From Candidatus Bathyarchaeota archaeon (GTDB lineage Archaea; Thermoproteota; Bathyarchaeia; Bathyarchaeales; Bathycorpusculaceae): a stretch of DNA of 64,000 nt. Made by a program: the position numbers and the translations under genes. Shown here piece by piece: positions 30,648 to 40,703 of the stretch. The stretch's first letter is position 1; the number at the start of each line of letters is the position of its first letter. The stretch covers positions 544,001 through 608,000 of the forward strand of contig CAWHVC010000001.1 in assembly GCA_963832745.1 (NCBI GenBank), in the 5' to 3' direction. Below the pieces are notes generated by a model. That model saw only the letters and a program-made list of their open reading frames with translations, made no database searches and was not told the DNA's origin.

Positions 30648-31112
30648 TTATGGGAATATCTTTGTTACTTCGCTGAATGTTCCGCCTGCGGTAGCGACTT
30701 TAATGTTGAAGACATCGCCTGAGTGAACGCTTGTAACACCTGCATCAATTTGCGTAGTTGAACCCTGACCGAGATTACCATTACTATCTAAACCGCCAAC
30801 AGGACCTGCAGCAGCAATCAAAGTGCCGTTAATGTATAAGCATTGACCAGTCGTTAGTTTTATTGATCCTTCACCTACGTTTTGCACATAAACTGAAATC
30901 TGTGGGCTACCAACAGTTGAATTTGAGACGCTTTGAATTTGTATAGCTTGGCCTGTCTTAGCGGTTTGGAAGTTCATGTATCCCATAACCCAAGCGTATG
31001 CTACTAGTGAAGCTACGACTGCGACTGCAATCATGAGCAGCACTGAAATTACTGGCGAAATTGCCTTTACATTTTTACGGATTTTTCTAAAGTTTTTATT
31101 AAAGTTAAACAT
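30648..31112 (-). CDS. Probable major type IV pilin
   Basis: NVKA/ISPVISVLLMIAVAV; pilin domain only; first gene of the operon. Confidence 0.85.
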   Translation of the reverse strand: MFNFNKNFRKIRKNVKAISPVISVLLMIAVAVVASLVAYAWVMGYMNFQTAKTGQAIQIQSVSNSTVGSPQISVYVQNVGEGSIKLTTGQCLYINGTLIAAAGPVGGLDSNGNLGQGSTTQIDAGVTSVHSGDVFNIKVATAGGTFSEVTKIFP

Positions 31113-31359
31113 TTTTTTGTGTTCCCTTCTCCTTTGTTTTTCCTTGTTAGGAAGTTAACGCCAATTATGCCGTAGGTCATTTATTAGGCTAGCTGGTGAA
31201 CATATACATAATAATCATCTACCGAAAACCGACATATTCAAAAGTAAAAAGTAACCAAAATAAATCCTCCCAGAGGTTAAAACACTGATATAACAGGTGG
31301 CTAAGCACTAAAGGTTTAACAAAGGGCTTAACACATAAAAAAAGGAGAACGATCACAAC

Positions 31360-32013
31360 ATGAAGTTCCTGAAAACAGGCATAGCCGGCTTTGACGAATT
31401 CCTACAAGGTGGATTACCACCACGCGTCCTACTGCTTTTGGGATCGCCTGGTTCAGGAAACGAGATTTTTGCAAGACAAATCATTTACAACAAAGCCAAA
31501 CAGAGCAAAATCACATACTTCACCTTTAACACAGCCTTTGACACCGTAAAAGAAGACATGGCAGCCTACGGATGGGACATAACACCGCTTCAGGAAAACG
31601 GCAACTGGAAATTCGTAAACCTCAAAGCCTCAAAAAAACCAGTAGACGACATCATAAATGAAATAAAAGAAAACCGTTCAATCATTCTAGACTCACTCTC
31701 AGAACTGCTGTTCACACAAAAAACTGCTGACGAAGCCATCCGCCTAATTATAGAATTGACCAGCCAAAATAGGCAAACACAGGAATGTCAAATGCTACTC
31801 TTAACAGAAGGAATGCAAGACCTAAAAACTGAAACAACAATGCAGCATTTCGCTGAAGGAGTAATTGATTTTGCCGTAACTTGGACTGCGGATTCTACAG
31901 TGCGGCATGTGGCTGTTAAAAAGTTGAGCGGTATGCTGGTTCCAAATAGACGACTGCTTTATTCAATTGGCAAGAAGGGTTTTGTGATAGAAACAGCAAC
32001 AAGAATAACTTAG
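31360..32013 (+). CDS. KaiC/RAD55-like single-domain protein with degenerate Walker A
   Basis: KTGIAGFDEFLQGG, GSPGSGNEIF (no KT), IILDSLS. Confidence 0.85.
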   Translation: MKFLKTGIAGFDEFLQGGLPPRVLLLLGSPGSGNEIFARQIIYNKAKQSKITYFTFNTAFDTVKEDMAAYGWDITPLQENGNWKFVNLKASKKPVDDIINEIKENRSIILDSLSELLFTQKTADEAIRLIIELTSQNRQTQECQMLLLTEGMQDLKTETTMQHFAEGVIDFAVTWTADSTVRHVAVKKLSGMLVPNRRLLYSIGKKGFVIETATRIT

Positions 32014-32135
32014 CAGAAACTTAAATTTTTTCAAATATAAATTCCAATCGAGATATTATTATCATAAAATAAGAAGTGACAGCATTCAGCATTAGAAAAA
32101 ATATTTTAAAAATACTGGAGTAAATTATTTCCAGC

Positions 32136-33374
32136 TTACTTATCTTTTCTTAAAAGTAGTTTCCAAACCTTTTCAGGAGTTCGATTAAAAAGAGCTTTTC
32201 GGCATAGTTGTATGTATCTCTTCCGTTTAATTTTGTCCGGAACTTTTGGCTCGATTTTTTCAGCCGTCGTTCCATAACGAAGAGAAAACTCGTATACTTC
32301 AACATAGTCAAATGCAACAACATCTAAAAGGCGCATGCTTTCCATAAAATCTTCTTCAGTTTCGCCAGGAAAACCAGCAATCAGTTGAGTACGCAAAATT
32401 ATACTTGGATTAGCTTTTTTAATCATTTTAGCACAATAAATGAACTCTTCAATTGTATAATTTCGGTTCATAAGCTTTAAAACATGATTACTGCCCGATT
32501 CCGCAGCCATTTCAATATAACGTATCTTACCTGTTTTTAAAATTGGAATCAACTCATCCAACATTCTGCTTATATGATATGGATTGAGATTCCTTAAGCT
32601 AATTTTAAAATCACCAGTTTCTTTGGCAAGCAAAGAAAGTAAATCAACAAGATTATATCCTAAATCTATACCATAAGCAGCAACATCAGTCCCCATAAGA
32701 CTGAAATTGTTATACCCATTTTTTCTGCCTGTCTTAAATTCAGATAGAATAAGGTCAAGAGGTTTACTTTTAACCAAGCCCCTGGATTTTCTTATGGCAC
32801 AATAAGCGCAATTACTCCTACACCCAGTTGCTATACCAATATAAAAAACGGATTTGCCTTTTACCAAATTAAATCTTGATTCTAGAAAGTTTAGCCAGCT
32901 TAACACTGTTTTTTCGAAAAATAAATTATGTAGCAAAAGTTCGTACCTGAAAACCCTTTTTTGGTCTTTTGCAGTTGGCAAGCAACATTTGCCCAAGTAA
33001 TTTGCACATTCTTTTTCAAATAGGTCACCAGTTTTAAGAATCAGATGAATCGACTCTAGATTAGGTCCTGCTAAAACCAAGCTTTTGTAATCCAAAACAG
33101 CCGGTTCTATTTTTGGCAAACAGCCCCAGACTATTAAATTTTGGTCAACCCGTTTTTCTTCGGTAAGCTTGGTAATAATTTTAATCGAGTGACTTGTGGT
33201 TCCTTGACTTCTACCACAAGCATTAAACAGTATTAATTCAGCATTATGCCAACCATCTGTTATTGTATAACCATTTTTGAGCAAGTATGATTCTGCTCTC
33301 GCAACATCTAGGCGGTTCTCTGGGCAGCCATTACAGAAAACGTAAGCCAGTTTTTTTCTATTCTCGTTATTCAA
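32136..33374 (-). CDS. MiaB-like radical SAM methylthiotransferase lacking TRAM domain
   Basis: GCPEN, NAC and GCLP (UPF0004 cysteines); CRSNCAYC; ESGS..L.LMNR.Y; GFPGETEEDF. Confidence 0.85.
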   Translation of the reverse strand: MNNENRKKLAYVFCNGCPENRLDVARAESYLLKNGYTITDGWHNAELILFNACGRSQGTTSHSIKIITKLTEEKRVDQNLIVWGCLPKIEPAVLDYKSLVLAGPNLESIHLILKTGDLFEKECANYLGKCCLPTAKDQKRVFRYELLLHNLFFEKTVLSWLNFLESRFNLVKGKSVFYIGIATGCRSNCAYCAIRKSRGLVKSKPLDLILSEFKTGRKNGYNNFSLMGTDVAAYGIDLGYNLVDLLSLLAKETGDFKISLRNLNPYHISRMLDELIPILKTGKIRYIEMAAESGSNHVLKLMNRNYTIEEFIYCAKMIKKANPSIILRTQLIAGFPGETEEDFMESMRLLDVVAFDYVEVYEFSLRYGTTAEKIEPKVPDKIKRKRYIQLCRKALFNRTPEKVWKLLLRKDK

Positions 33375-33499
33375 TATAACACCATAGCCTGGTTACTGAT
33401 GAAATGCTTCTGAAAAATAAAAACTTTTATAATCAAAAATAAGCATATTTAAAACAAGTTACACGAATAAAACAGTCCAATTAAACAATGTACTACATT

Positions 33500-34165
33500 T
33501 CATGAATTGAAATATGCAATATTCTTTCTATATTTTTTCACGAAAATAGATTTTCTTGAACGATATTCACGCCAAATCGCTGCCGATGCGAAAAAAATTG
33601 TAACACCAAGAAGACTTAGGGCAATGGGCAAAAGTTTTATGCCTAAAGGAGTATAATAAAGCAATAAACCAAGTATAGAGGTTACGGCTATGCTCAATCC
33701 TAAACTCAATGCCACTCTTTCAATAATGTCCAAAGTAAGTGATTGCGTCTTTAATGGAACGTTGATAGGATACAAAAACTTAATTATTGCATAACCAGGC
33801 AAATAAGTAACGAAAGCAAGACCCAAAATATTACGCAAATAAACAACAAGTGTTGAACTTTCAGGACTTAGCATAATGATAAATATTAAAGAAACAGACA
33901 TCAGTACAAATAACCAATACCAAAGTGCCTTAGTCGAAAAAAGGAAACCATGACCTGATTCAGGAAAAACAGAATCATGAAATTCAAGCACCTTTTCATC
34001 CTCGAGCACCTGAAGTATATGCATAATTTGCTCCTCAGGCATGTTTAACTCTTTTTTTATTAAATTAACTAAAATTTCTGTTTTTTCAACATCTCTTTTC
34101 CTGATCGCTGAAATTATTATTTTTTTGACCTGATTGATTTCAGTTTCAGTTAAATTTTCAGTCAA
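33500..34165 (-). CDS. DUF1616-like membrane protein
   Basis: LPGY..LYP..IERVALSLGLSIA..GLLLYYTP.GI. Confidence 0.75.
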   Translation of the reverse strand: MTENLTETEINQVKKIIISAIRKRDVEKTEILVNLIKKELNMPEEQIMHILQVLEDEKVLEFHDSVFPESGHGFLFSTKALWYWLFVLMSVSLIFIIMLSPESSTLVVYLRNILGLAFVTYLPGYAIIKFLYPINVPLKTQSLTLDIIERVALSLGLSIAVTSILGLLLYYTPLGIKLLPIALSLLGVTIFFASAAIWREYRSRKSIFVKKYRKNIAYFNS

Positions 34166-34259
34166 ATATATATGCCTAAAATCACCTAAGACTTAATCAG
34201 ATTTAAGTTATTTCGTTTTACTGAACTATTTATATTATTAAAAAACGAGTATTTGTAAT

Positions 34260-35552
34260 TTAGGCTTCTTTCATGCAATACTCAATAGCTTCCTTAAACC
34301 CTTCAAACTGTTTATCAAAATCGTTAAATTCGTCAAAAACTTGTCTTGAACTAATCCCCATTTTTAATTGCAATTCTTTATCAGAAAGTAACTTTCTGAT
34401 AGCCAAATATAACGACTTCACATCACCATTTCTTACAACTAAACCATTAACACCATCCTTGACTAAATCAGCTACCGCACCAACAGCATCAGTAGCAATA
34501 ATGGGTTTACTCATACTCATAGCCTCATTGATAACTAGGCCCCAACCTTCAACAATAGGCCTAACCGCAAAAACCCTTTGTAGGTATGACGATGAATATC
34601 TTGCACATGAAGGAAGCACAAATATATCAGAAGTCTTAAAACAGGAAGCAATTTGGTCAGCCGTATTAATAGAACCAAGAAAATATACCCTCTGAAGACC
34701 CAAATTTTTAACTAATAGTTCATAGCTCTTTCTAAGGTCACCATCACCAACTATCAGCAAGATACAATCCGTTCTTTCTTGTTCTATCAGTGAAAATGCC
34801 TTAATTAAGACATCAACACCCTTAGAATCCACAAGTCGCCCCAAATATAATATTACTTGAGAATTAACATTTTTCAGATCTTTTAGGATTACACCATTCT
34901 TCTCCTTGTAGTCAATACTGCAGTGATTAGAGAAAAAAATATTTTCACGAGGCACCTCTAAAAGTTTCAAATAATTTAGTTGAGCAGTCCCTTCAACAAC
35001 AAGGGCACTAAAATTTCTCATGACAAATTTTGAAAGACCAACAACAACTAAAATTTTGAGACCGTGTAAAAAAGATTTAGCATCTGGTAAATACCAATCT
35101 TCAATCCACAGAATGCATTTGTGTTTGGTAAACCTTGAAACAATAAACGATATAAATGTAGGAGTCCCGAAACCTTCGGTTATTACAGCGCGATTTTCAT
35201 TTTTGAACAGATAGATCAGTAAATCCATAATTTCATAAAAACGACTTAGTAAGATATTTTTTTTGCAATATTCTTTTCTACGGGGAACAAGGTTTAGATC
35301 AATTTGTTCATCACCTTTAAGAAAATCAGAAGGCGATTCTTGAAAATAAAAGCTCATGTTAAAATAATCTTGCATCTTCGCGTAAAATGTTGATCTATAT
35401 TTAGCGTAGCTAGGATGAATAAGAACAACTTTCAATTTATTGCCACATTGGGTTCTTTCCTTTTTAGAGTTTACCAAATCTAAATGCTCCTGCAGGAATT
35501 TTAATATAAAATAGTTATGAATTTTTACCTCTTCAACTTGCATACAAACCAA
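34260..35552 (-). CDS. Glycosyltransferase family 4
   Basis: YLGRLVDSKG, EGWGLVINEAM; true start may be downstream. Confidence 0.9.
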   Translation of the reverse strand: MVCMQVEEVKIHNYFILKFLQEHLDLVNSKKERTQCGNKLKVVLIHPSYAKYRSTFYAKMQDYFNMSFYFQESPSDFLKGDEQIDLNLVPRRKEYCKKNILLSRFYEIMDLLIYLFKNENRAVITEGFGTPTFISFIVSRFTKHKCILWIEDWYLPDAKSFLHGLKILVVVGLSKFVMRNFSALVVEGTAQLNYLKLLEVPRENIFFSNHCSIDYKEKNGVILKDLKNVNSQVILYLGRLVDSKGVDVLIKAFSLIEQERTDCILLIVGDGDLRKSYELLVKNLGLQRVYFLGSINTADQIASCFKTSDIFVLPSCARYSSSYLQRVFAVRPIVEGWGLVINEAMSMSKPIIATDAVGAVADLVKDGVNGLVVRNGDVKSLYLAIRKLLSDKELQLKMGISSRQVFDEFNDFDKQFEGFKEAIEYCMKEA

Positions 35553-36520
35553 TTTTTAATGAATTTTACAAGTCCATAGTAGAAACCAAAAAGCCTTGCT
35601 AAAGTTAAAAGAATCACTAGCGGGTAATAGATAATCCGTTTGAGTTCCACTTTTGTACGAATAGCAGTGAAAGTGAAATGTGCCAACAGAACTACTGACA
35701 CTAAAATAAGAAAAATAAATGGAGAAATAATAAGAAGAAAAAAAAGCATCAGAAAAATAACGTTTGTGACATAAAACGAAGCAAAAAGTGATTCATATCT
35801 TGCTGATTTCAATGTACTCCAAGACATGAAAAAAGGCACCATATTAGAACTACCGATAAAAGCATGCTTTAACCCTTGCCTGTGATGCCATACATATACA
35901 GCAGGATCAAATTGTATTGTTAAATTTTTCTCTGCCAACCTTCGATGAAACGCCCAATCTTCACCAGACCTAACTTTTTCATCCAAATAGCCTATTTTTT
36001 CAAAGACAACCTTTCGGTAGAAAACATTACAGCCTGCAATCTTTCCTATGGCAGAACTACCGTAATATGATTTATTGAACCTAGATTCCAAAAATGAACC
36101 CTCGACGAAGCGTAATGGATTCCTTTCACACTCAGCTTTAGGTGTTATATGAGGTCCACCTAAACAATACAAATCAGGATTTTTTTGGAAAATCAAAAAA
36201 GCTTGCTCAAGCCATTCTGTAGGTGCCGCACTATCATCATCAATAAAAGCCACGATGTTACCTTTTGATTGTTTTACACCTAAATTTCTTGCTGCACCTA
36301 AAGTATGACCGTGTTCTTCAAAAATAAGAACTGAATATTGATCTACTAACCTCAATAATTTCTCAGAAAATATTGAGTAAACCAAAATTATCTCGAAATC
36401 AGTGAAACTTTGATTTTTTAGCGATTTTAAGCAATCTTCCAGCAAATTTAATTTATCGCCCTTTGTGGCCACTATTACACTAATAGCAATTTTTGGATTT
36501 TTCACAACAGTCATTTTCAA
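35525..36520 (-). CDS. Glycosyltransferase family 2
   Basis: ARNLG, FIDDD, GED; C-terminal TM helices. Confidence 0.9.
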   Translation of the reverse strand: MKMTVVKNPKIAISVIVATKGDKLNLLEDCLKSLKNQSFTDFEIILVYSIFSEKLLRLVDQYSVLIFEEHGHTLGAARNLGVKQSKGNIVAFIDDDSAAPTEWLEQAFLIFQKNPDLYCLGGPHITPKAECERNPLRFVEGSFLESRFNKSYYGSSAIGKIAGCNVFYRKVVFEKIGYLDEKVRSGEDWAFHRRLAEKNLTIQFDPAVYVWHHRQGLKHAFIGSSNMVPFFMSWSTLKSARYESLFASFYVTNVIFLMLFFLLIISPFIFLILVSVVLLAHFTFTAIRTKVELKRIIYYPLVILLTLARLFGFYYGLVKFIKNWFVCKLKR

Positions 36521-36542
36521 TCACTTTTTATTTATTGAGTTA

Positions 36543-38090
36543 CTATGGATTTTTAAAAATAATTCTGGAATAACCATTATCATACAATAAACTCGTTGAA
36601 TTACCTGTGTTTATGTAATTGGAGTAATTAAAAGAATAACCGAGACCAGTCGTATAAAAAATAATATCATAATCAGTTATTTTTCCAGGGTCAGCATCAA
36701 AAAATCCTTTGCCTAAAAACCAAGTTTGGAGATAATCTTTAACTCTAAATTCTGCGAGAACTGAAATGTTTTTTACTAAAGTTGAATTATTACCAATATT
36801 TATGAAAAAATTTTCTGCAGAATATGTCTCTTTGGTTTGATAATAAATATTTTGACCATAGGACATGTGTATAGGAATGAAGACAAATAATAATAGAATT
36901 ATAAGTAATAAAGCCTGAAAATGTTTCTTAAATCTACTTTCTAAGAAAAAGAAAGCACTTAAAGAGAGAGACAAAAGTACTAAAGAAACAGCACGGATTC
37001 CTAACAGGTAAATAAAAGAGCCCAAGATTGAATAAAATACGCCTATTATGAAGACCGCTTTATCAGCAACTCTTAGCTTACGCCTCATAATAAGCATAAT
37101 AAAACCAATGAGACAAACAGCAACAGACAATATTGTAATTAAGCGCGAAATATTTTGAGCAAAAGTATCAATAGCAATTGACGTGGAGTTTATTGTACTT
37201 TCAAGATAAAAACTATAATCTGAACGATTAGTTAGCAAATATAGCAAGTTTGAGCCAAATTGAGAAGGCAGTTTTAAAAATTGTGTAAATAAATAAATTA
37301 TTGCGGTTGCCATAAACAGATACATGTTTCTCGCTTTTTTGCTAAGAATAAAAACACCAAACTGATACAGTATATAAAAAATGGCTACAAACGCATGAGT
37401 ATAAACTACACCAATGAAAAGTACTATCAGAAGCATTGTTTCAGTTAAGCTATGTTTTTCTCTTGTTTCAATCGTCAGAAGTAAAAGCACAAGAACAAAT
37501 GCGAGGGAGAATGGAACAGCTTGATAATTAAAGAAGTAAAAATCAACTATTATAAAAAGAAGCGTAGCATAAAAAGCATTTTCTTTATTTTTAGTTGCAA
37601 AAAAGATAAACACTGTGGTCGTAAGTAAGAATCCTATCATAGCATACAGAATGAAACCAAAGTATGTCAGGTTTAATTCGCTGAATAAAGTTGCAACAGC
37701 ACCAAATATGAAATATAGAGGCCAAGAATAATAGCTATGTAACCAAGAAGTCGAGGTCAAATCATTTGTTTTTATAAAATACTCACTTAACCCTCTAAAA
37801 TAAGGCGCATCTGAACCGGGAATCATGAAGTAAAAATATGATATTGAATAAATAAATAGAAAAATGCTTACAGCCATTAACCACTTTACAAAATAATTTT
37901 TTGATTGCATAGCTATCAAATAGGCCGAAACCAGTGCCATTGGCAAAGAAAACCAGTAAACAACAGACACATGATTAAAAATATAATCGTCAACACCATT
38001 GACAGATACTGGATAACTTATGTACCATGAATAGATCAGCAAGAAAATGCTAACAAAAAAAAATAGCCACAGAACATAACTTTTATTCAT
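36543..38090 (-). CDS. Polytopic membrane protein (possible Wzy/GT-C-like polymerase)
   Basis: About 13 TM helices, Y..WP motif, C-terminal LYDNG; lies among glycosyltransferases. Confidence 0.6.
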   Translation of the reverse strand: MNKSYVLWLFFFVSIFLLIYSWYISYPVSVNGVDDYIFNHVSVVYWFSLPMALVSAYLIAMQSKNYFVKWLMAVSIFLFIYSISYFYFMIPGSDAPYFRGLSEYFIKTNDLTSTSWLHSYYSWPLYFIFGAVATLFSELNLTYFGFILYAMIGFLLTTTVFIFFATKNKENAFYATLLFIIVDFYFFNYQAVPFSLAFVLVLLLLTIETREKHSLTETMLLIVLFIGVVYTHAFVAIFYILYQFGVFILSKKARNMYLFMATAIIYLFTQFLKLPSQFGSNLLYLLTNRSDYSFYLESTINSTSIAIDTFAQNISRLITILSVAVCLIGFIMLIMRRKLRVADKAVFIIGVFYSILGSFIYLLGIRAVSLVLLSLSLSAFFFLESRFKKHFQALLLIILLLFVFIPIHMSYGQNIYYQTKETYSAENFFINIGNNSTLVKNISVLAEFRVKDYLQTWFLGKGFFDADPGKITDYDIIFYTTGLGYSFNYSNYINTGNSTSLLYDNGYSRIIFKNP

Positions 38091-38282
38091 TTGCTGAACC
38101 TTTTTAGCGCTTATGAAAAGTTTAAAAGTTTATTAAAGATACACTTGCGTGTAGTAAGATCGACCTTAATTGTTCCACTCTGTATTTGTGTTGAACAAAT
38201 AAACTATCAAGTTTATTAATACACAATATATAAAGGAAAGCTGACTAAAAGGTAAAACTAAAGCAAGCCAGGATCTGAAAAA

Positions 38283-39485
38283 ATGCAAAGCACAAAAAGA
38301 TGCATAATATCGGTCATTCTAATAATCCTTATAGAAGCAAGTTTTGTTATGCCAGTCTTTTCTGCAAGCACCAGCAACCAAACACTTCGCACCACAGGCA
38401 TAATCATCTCGCCGATACTCAAAGTTAACGGTCAAATGATAGAAGATGCATTAGGAAATCAAGTAAAATTAAAAGGCATCCAAGTGGGCTGGAACGACCG
38501 CGTTAAAACACTTGGCACTACAGGCATGGCTGAATCTCCAGAAAATTCCTGGTTTACAACAGAAGATATTTCAAGAATTAAAGCCGCAGGGGGTAATGTA
38601 ATCGAACTCCATGAAAATGGGTTGGTTGACCTTATGCCTTCAAAAAATAGTCCAAACGAGGCGTATTTCTCCAATTGGCTCGATAAATGGGTTGCATGGT
38701 GTACACAAAACAAAGTTTACGCAATTATAGGAGTAAGAGGAATACATGCTGAAGAAGATTGGGCAATCCAACTAAGTTTGCCAAATTGGCTATGGCAAGG
38801 TATGTACGATAAACCTACGACCAAGGCGCAATACGATGCAATAATTAGAGATTTCTTTGATACCAGTGTTACAAAACAGGATTCAAACAGACAAGCTTTC
38901 ATAGATCTCTGGACATACATCGCAAACAGATACAAAGATAACCCGTATGTCATGTATGGCATTATCAACGAACCATTTAACTTTGTTGATGTACCTGCCG
39001 ATAATCAGGTTCATCTAAGCCAAACATATAGCACTCTTATGGAAAAAGTAGTTGATGGCATAAGAAGTACAGGAACTCAACAAATAGTTTTTATCGATGA
39101 CCCATTTTTGGGAGGAAACACACAACCAGTAAACAAAGAAAACATAGTGTGGGAAGTGCATGAATATATCGGTCCTTGGTGCCCAACATTAAATCAATGG
39201 AAAAGTTCAATTGATCAAGTCGTGCAGAAATTTGTTATTGGATTTGGCAAGCCTTTGTTCGTAGGAGAATATGGATTTGACCCAATATCTGAAGTGGAAA
39301 CAACTTATGCAAGTAACTGGCAATCACTTTTAAACAGTCAAGTTTCCTACATGGACAGCAAACAAATCAGCGGGAGACAATGGCACGCATGGGACTACAT
39401 CGAAGGAGAATATGCAGACTATACCCAAGACTCTACGTTTGATTTGCAGGAATCAAATTGGATAGTTCAAACGGTACTAGGATAA
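38283..39485 (+). CDS. Secreted glycoside hydrolase family 5
   Basis: Signal peptide; IINEP acid/base, HEY, VGEYG nucleophile. Confidence 0.88.
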   Translation: MQSTKRCIISVILIILIEASFVMPVFSASTSNQTLRTTGIIISPILKVNGQMIEDALGNQVKLKGIQVGWNDRVKTLGTTGMAESPENSWFTTEDISRIKAAGGNVIELHENGLVDLMPSKNSPNEAYFSNWLDKWVAWCTQNKVYAIIGVRGIHAEEDWAIQLSLPNWLWQGMYDKPTTKAQYDAIIRDFFDTSVTKQDSNRQAFIDLWTYIANRYKDNPYVMYGIINEPFNFVDVPADNQVHLSQTYSTLMEKVVDGIRSTGTQQIVFIDDPFLGGNTQPVNKENIVWEVHEYIGPWCPTLNQWKSSIDQVVQKFVIGFGKPLFVGEYGFDPISEVETTYASNWQSLLNSQVSYMDSKQISGRQWHAWDYIEGEYADYTQDSTFDLQESNWIVQTVLG

Positions 39486-39487
39486 AT

Positions 39488-40681
39488 TCAAGTTCGATTT
39501 AAATATCTTAAATATTGGCGAATATAAACTTCAGGAGAAAAATTTTCTAAATATATTCGCTTCACAGTTTCTTTAGGATAATCGTTCTTAGAATAATTAT
39601 GAAACAAATCACGCAATTCATCAATATTTCGAAAAATTAAACGTTTATCTAATTTCCCAACTATTTCAGGTAATCCACCATAATCGGAAGAAATAACAGG
39701 GGTTCCAACTGAAAGTGCTTCAAGAACTATCAAGGGACTATTCTCAGCCCACATAGAAGGAACTATCAAAGCATTAGCTATTGAAAGTAATCGATATAGA
39801 ATATCAGAAGTAACCCAACCCAAAAGTACAACTTTTTTCTCAAGATGATTAGTTTTAACTATTTGACTTAGTTTTTCTTTTAAGCTTCCTTGCCCAATTA
39901 TTAATAGTTTAATATTAACATCCTTTTGTTTAACTAAATTAACAAGTTTAAGTAGCCCTTTATGCTCCTCTAGGACACCAGCATATAGATAAAAGTCTGA
40001 ATACTCAGCAACCACATCACTGATTGGCGGTTTTGAAGCAAAGTTAGGAATAACAACGTGATTAGAAAATGGCATTTTTTTATTAATTTGATCTCGTGTA
40101 TAAATACTGGGAGAAATTACTAAGTCAACATCTGTATTAACTACCTTTTGGAACGCCCCGCCGAGACGCCACAACTGAGGAGGACGCTTATCCCGAAGTT
40201 GGCAAAAAAAACAGGATCCCCCCAAACAAATTTTTGATTGAAAATTCAACAAACTACTTTTTGGACAAATTAACCAGTAATCGTGAGCGGTGTAAGCATT
40301 AAAGTAATCACCTTGTTTTTTTAATATTTTATAACCTAAAAGAGAAATATTATGATGATGAACAACATCCGGATTTACCTTTTTTATTAAATCGGCGAGT
40401 TTTAGATTTATGGTCTTAGATGATCCCGTAATATAAGAAAGATACGCACTTGAATTAAATTTAGTTTGGATCTCATAAGTATTTACAAGATCTTTTGTAT
40501 GAGTTTTTTTGTAACCGTATTTTTTTGTTTTTATTTCGTAAGCATCTAAGCTAGATAAAACATGAACATCATGACCAATCTTGGCTAATGCATCAGCCAA
40601 GTACTTAACATGAACAGCATCACCGCCTATGTGATAAGGAGGATAAAATGAGGCGGTGAAAAGAAATCTTAAAGTTTCCAT
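39488..40681 (-). CDS. Glycosyltransferase family 4
   Basis: YPPYHIGG, TAHDYWLICP, ENSPLIVLEAL. Confidence 0.9.
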   Translation of the reverse strand: METLRFLFTASFYPPYHIGGDAVHVKYLADALAKIGHDVHVLSSLDAYEIKTKKYGYKKTHTKDLVNTYEIQTKFNSSAYLSYITGSSKTINLKLADLIKKVNPDVVHHHNISLLGYKILKKQGDYFNAYTAHDYWLICPKSSLLNFQSKICLGGSCFFCQLRDKRPPQLWRLGGAFQKVVNTDVDLVISPSIYTRDQINKKMPFSNHVVIPNFASKPPISDVVAEYSDFYLYAGVLEEHKGLLKLVNLVKQKDVNIKLLIIGQGSLKEKLSQIVKTNHLEKKVVLLGWVTSDILYRLLSIANALIVPSMWAENSPLIVLEALSVGTPVISSDYGGLPEIVGKLDKRLIFRNIDELRDLFHNYSKNDYPKETVKRIYLENFSPEVYIRQYLRYLNRT

Positions 40682-40703
40682 TTTTTATTCTCTTTTTAGA
40701 ATT

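Noticed and set aside
17881-31112. Archaellum operon
   Set aside because: No ArlF/ArlG or chemotaxis genes; two separate TadB/TadC-like genes and pilin-type N-termini fit an adhesive pilus.
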